Shown: in pieces, positions 61,928-64,000 of the stretch
Numbering within the stretch: the stretch's first letter is position 1
How the letters are laid out: the number at the start of each line of letters is the position of its first letter
Source: Subdoligranulum sp.
Lineage (GTDB): Bacteria; Bacillota; Clostridia; Oscillospirales; Ruminococcaceae
DNA length: 64,000 bases
Direction: 5' to 3'
NCBI GenBank assembly: GCA_004555405.1
Contig: SFIE01000003.1
Location: 1,049-65,048 of the forward strand
Notes under the pieces: model-generated
Database searches by the model: none
The model's input: only the letters and a program-made list of their open reading frames with translations
What the model was told of the DNA's origin: nothing
Translations under genes and position numbers: made by a program

Positions 61928-63325
61928 TTGCGCAATCCACTGCAGCATAAATTTCACCCGGTATACTCCCTGGCCATTTTGCGCAAGCCCGCCATTTTGT
62001 GCGTGGTACCCCTGCTGGCAGCGCTTACCCGGCTGGATCTTCCGGCGCTGCTCACCGCCCTTTGGCAGGAGCTTGCGCTGATCTCGGCCCTGCTGGTGAT
62101 GGGCCTTGTTTTGTGGCACGGCGCAGGCTGGCAGCTGCAAAACGGGCGGCTCACCTTTCGGCGCACGCTGTTTACCCTGCAATGGCAGGAAAGCTTTTCC
62201 GCCGAGGATCTTGCCTTTGTGGCGGTGCGGCGCTGCTGGTATTTGCGGCCCATCGGTGCGGTGCGGCTGGAATTTTCCACCGAGCGCGGCGCAACACGGC
62301 ATTTGTATCTTTCACGCAGCGCCGCCGAAGCCCTGGCTGACCGGCTGCTTCCGGCCGAAGCCACCGTGCGGGATCTCACGCCCTCACCCGCCGACAGACT
62401 GGTGCTGGCGCTTTTGAACTGCGATCTGTTTGCCACGGTGGTGCTGCTGGCGGTAAGCCTGCGCAACATCAGCGATTTTATGGGCCGCCGCTGGACGCAG
62501 GAAATGGCCCAGACCGGCCTGCACACCATCGAGGGCGTTTTGGGGCACTGGCTGCCCCTTGGCCTGAGCGGCCTTGCTTCGGTTTTGCTGCTGCTCACAG
62601 CCTTTACGCTGCTGCTGGCTTTTTCGCGCACCAGCGGCTATCATGTGTTTTTGGGGCGCACCACGGTGCGCTGCACGGGTGGGCTGCTCAGCCCCACCCG
62701 CTGGGTGCTGCGCCGCGAGTGCATCACCTGTGCCGACTTGCGCCGCACCCCCATGGCGCGCCTTGTCAAGCGGTATCCGCTGTTTTTAAGCGTGGGCGGC
62801 TACACCGGCAACGCCGTGCTTTTGTGCAGCGGCCTGCAAGACCCCACGCTGCCCTGCCTGTTTCCGGACGCCGTGTTTCCCCAGCCCGCCAAACACCCCG
62901 GCAAGCGCCGCAGCCCCGTGCCGTTTTTGTGGGCGCCGGTGCTTTTGCTGGCTGTGTGCGCAGCGCTGCTGCTTGCGGGCGCCCACCGGCCCGGAATTTT
63001 ACCCTATGCAGGCCGCCTTTTGTGGCTGCCCATGGCCGCCGGTGTGGTGTGGCTGTGGATTGCGCTGGAGGGCTGGCGGGGTGACTGCCTGGTGCAAACC
63101 GCCTGTGGGCTGCCCGCCGTGTGCACCACTCACCGCCTGACCCACCACCACATTTGCATTTTGCGCCGCCCTGCGGCGGTGCGCTGGCAAAATCCGTTTT
63201 CCCGCCGTGTTGGGCGCTGTGAGCTTCGGCTCGGCCTGCCCGGGCGGCGTGCGATATCCCTGCACAGTTTGCGGCTGGCAGACTGTGACTGCCTGTTTGA
63301 TTCCAGCCAGGAAGAAGTGAATTGA
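61928..63325 (+). CDS. YdbT-like membrane protein (repeated bacterial PH-like modules)
   Basis: 465 aa with a TTG start. TM pairs alternate with soluble modules. The family call is from gene pairing and architecture only. Confidence 0.4.
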   Translation: MRNPLQHKFHPVYSLAILRKPAILCVVPLLAALTRLDLPALLTALWQELALISALLVMGLVLWHGAGWQLQNGRLTFRRTLFTLQWQESFSAEDLAFVAVRRCWYLRPIGAVRLEFSTERGATRHLYLSRSAAEALADRLLPAEATVRDLTPSPADRLVLALLNCDLFATVVLLAVSLRNISDFMGRRWTQEMAQTGLHTIEGVLGHWLPLGLSGLASVLLLLTAFTLLLAFSRTSGYHVFLGRTTVRCTGGLLSPTRWVLRRECITCADLRRTPMARLVKRYPLFLSVGGYTGNAVLLCSGLQDPTLPCLFPDAVFPQPAKHPGKRRSPVPFLWAPVLLLAVCAALLLAGAHRPGILPYAGRLLWLPMAAGVVWLWIALEGWRGDCLVQTACGLPAVCTTHRLTHHHICILRRPAAVRWQNPFSRRVGRCELRLGLPGRRAISLHSLRLADCDCLFDSSQEEVN

Positions 63326-63329
63326 TCTT

Positions 63330-63983
63330 ATGTTTGCATCTGTAGTTTTTGATCTGGACGGTACCCTGCTCAACACCATTGACGATCTGGCCGACAGCAG
63401 CAACTGGGTGTGCAGCCGCATGGGCTGGCCCACCCACACTGTGCAGGAATACCGCTATTTTGTGGGCAACGGCATTCCCAAGCTGGTGGAGCGCTTTACC
63501 CCCGAGGCCTGCCGCACCCCCGAAACGCTGGCCCGCGCCCTGGCTTTGTTTGACGAACGCTATGCCGCCCACAAGGCCGACAAAACCGCCCCTTACCCGG
63601 GCATTGCCCAACTGCTGCAGCATTTGCAGGCAGCCGGTGTGCGGTATGGCGTGGTGACCAACAAAGACCATGCCGCCGCCGTGGGCGTTTTGCAGCACTA
63701 TTTCGGCAGCCTTGTGCCCCATGTGCAGGGCCGCATTGATGCCCTGCCGCCCAAGCCCGCCCCCGACACCACGCATCTTTTGATGAAAACGCTGGGCGCT
63801 GCCCCGGAAACCACGCTGTTTGTGGGTGACAGCAATGTGGATATTGCCACCGCCAAGGCGGCCGGGCTGGCCAGCTGCGGCGTGTTGTGGGGCTTTCGCA
63901 CGCTGGGCGAGCTGCAGCAGGCCGGGGCCGACCATATTGCCGAAACCCCCGCTGCGCTGCAGGCGCTGATTTTGGGCCAGTGA
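63330..63983 (+). CDS. HAD-superfamily phosphatase (phosphoglycolate phosphatase-like)
   Basis: 217 aa with motif I VVFDLDGTL, VTNK and GDSNVDIATAKAAG. Confidence 0.8.
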   Translation: MFASVVFDLDGTLLNTIDDLADSSNWVCSRMGWPTHTVQEYRYFVGNGIPKLVERFTPEACRTPETLARALALFDERYAAHKADKTAPYPGIAQLLQHLQAAGVRYGVVTNKDHAAAVGVLQHYFGSLVPHVQGRIDALPPKPAPDTTHLLMKTLGAAPETTLFVGDSNVDIATAKAAGLASCGVLWGFRTLGELQQAGADHIAETPAALQALILGQ

Positions 63984-64000
63984 TGCCCCCGGCGCATACA

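Noticed and set aside
1-64000. Mobile elements, CRISPR arrays, tRNA/rRNA genes, defence systems
   Set aside because: I scanned both strands. I found no transposase, integrase, recombinase or nuclease-type ORFs, no regularly spaced direct repeats, no long terminal inverted repeats apart from the 42.6-kb spacer, and no tRNA-like cloverleaf candidates in the intergenic regions.

Overview
GC-rich coding sequence with AT-rich intergenic spacers. It looks like a chromosomal segment of a Clostridia or Oscillospiraceae-type gut anaerobe, but the taxon is inference only. I support about 60 protein genes. I saw no rRNA, tRNA, CRISPR array, transposase or integrase.

Main blocks:
1. A divergent LysR/YeiH pair plus a GAF-GGDEF cyclase.
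2. An 11-gene co-directional minus-strand string (15908 down to 3306). It runs pgsB, pgsC, a third poly-gamma-glutamate (PGA) partner that is not PgsA, an embedded histidine kinase and response regulator, and two tandem gamma-glutamyltransferase lipoproteins whose promoter regions are visibly duplicated. It ends with a lipoprotein, a DctM-like permease, an untracked 51-aa micro-ORF and a membrane-anchored M14/AstE-like hydrolase. I consider this the most interesting system in the window.
3. ktrB-ktrA.
4. An ABC ATPase / ABC-2 permease / GldG-like / DUF4340-like operon.
5. Rhomboid, PaaI thioesterase, DUF1653 and an atypical def-like gene.
6. A cobalamin riboswitch driving a lipoprotein (exported) CbiK homologue, followed by a two-repeat lipoprotein and a BtuFCD-like importer whose ATPase has a C-terminal extra domain.
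7. abgT plus four M20 amidohydrolases and DUF554.
8. An 18-gene, tightly translationally coupled anaerobic cbi/cob operon. It has no chelatase, no recognisable B12 riboswitch, a mini-CobU paralogue and a nested inverted-repeat spacer.
9. A DhaS-like TetR, a radical SAM protein, PaaI, GNAT, gluQ, DUF362-ferredoxin, uppP, YdbS/YdbT-like proteins and a HAD phosphatase.

Function calls rest on motifs I can read in the translations and on remembered family signatures. No database search was run.
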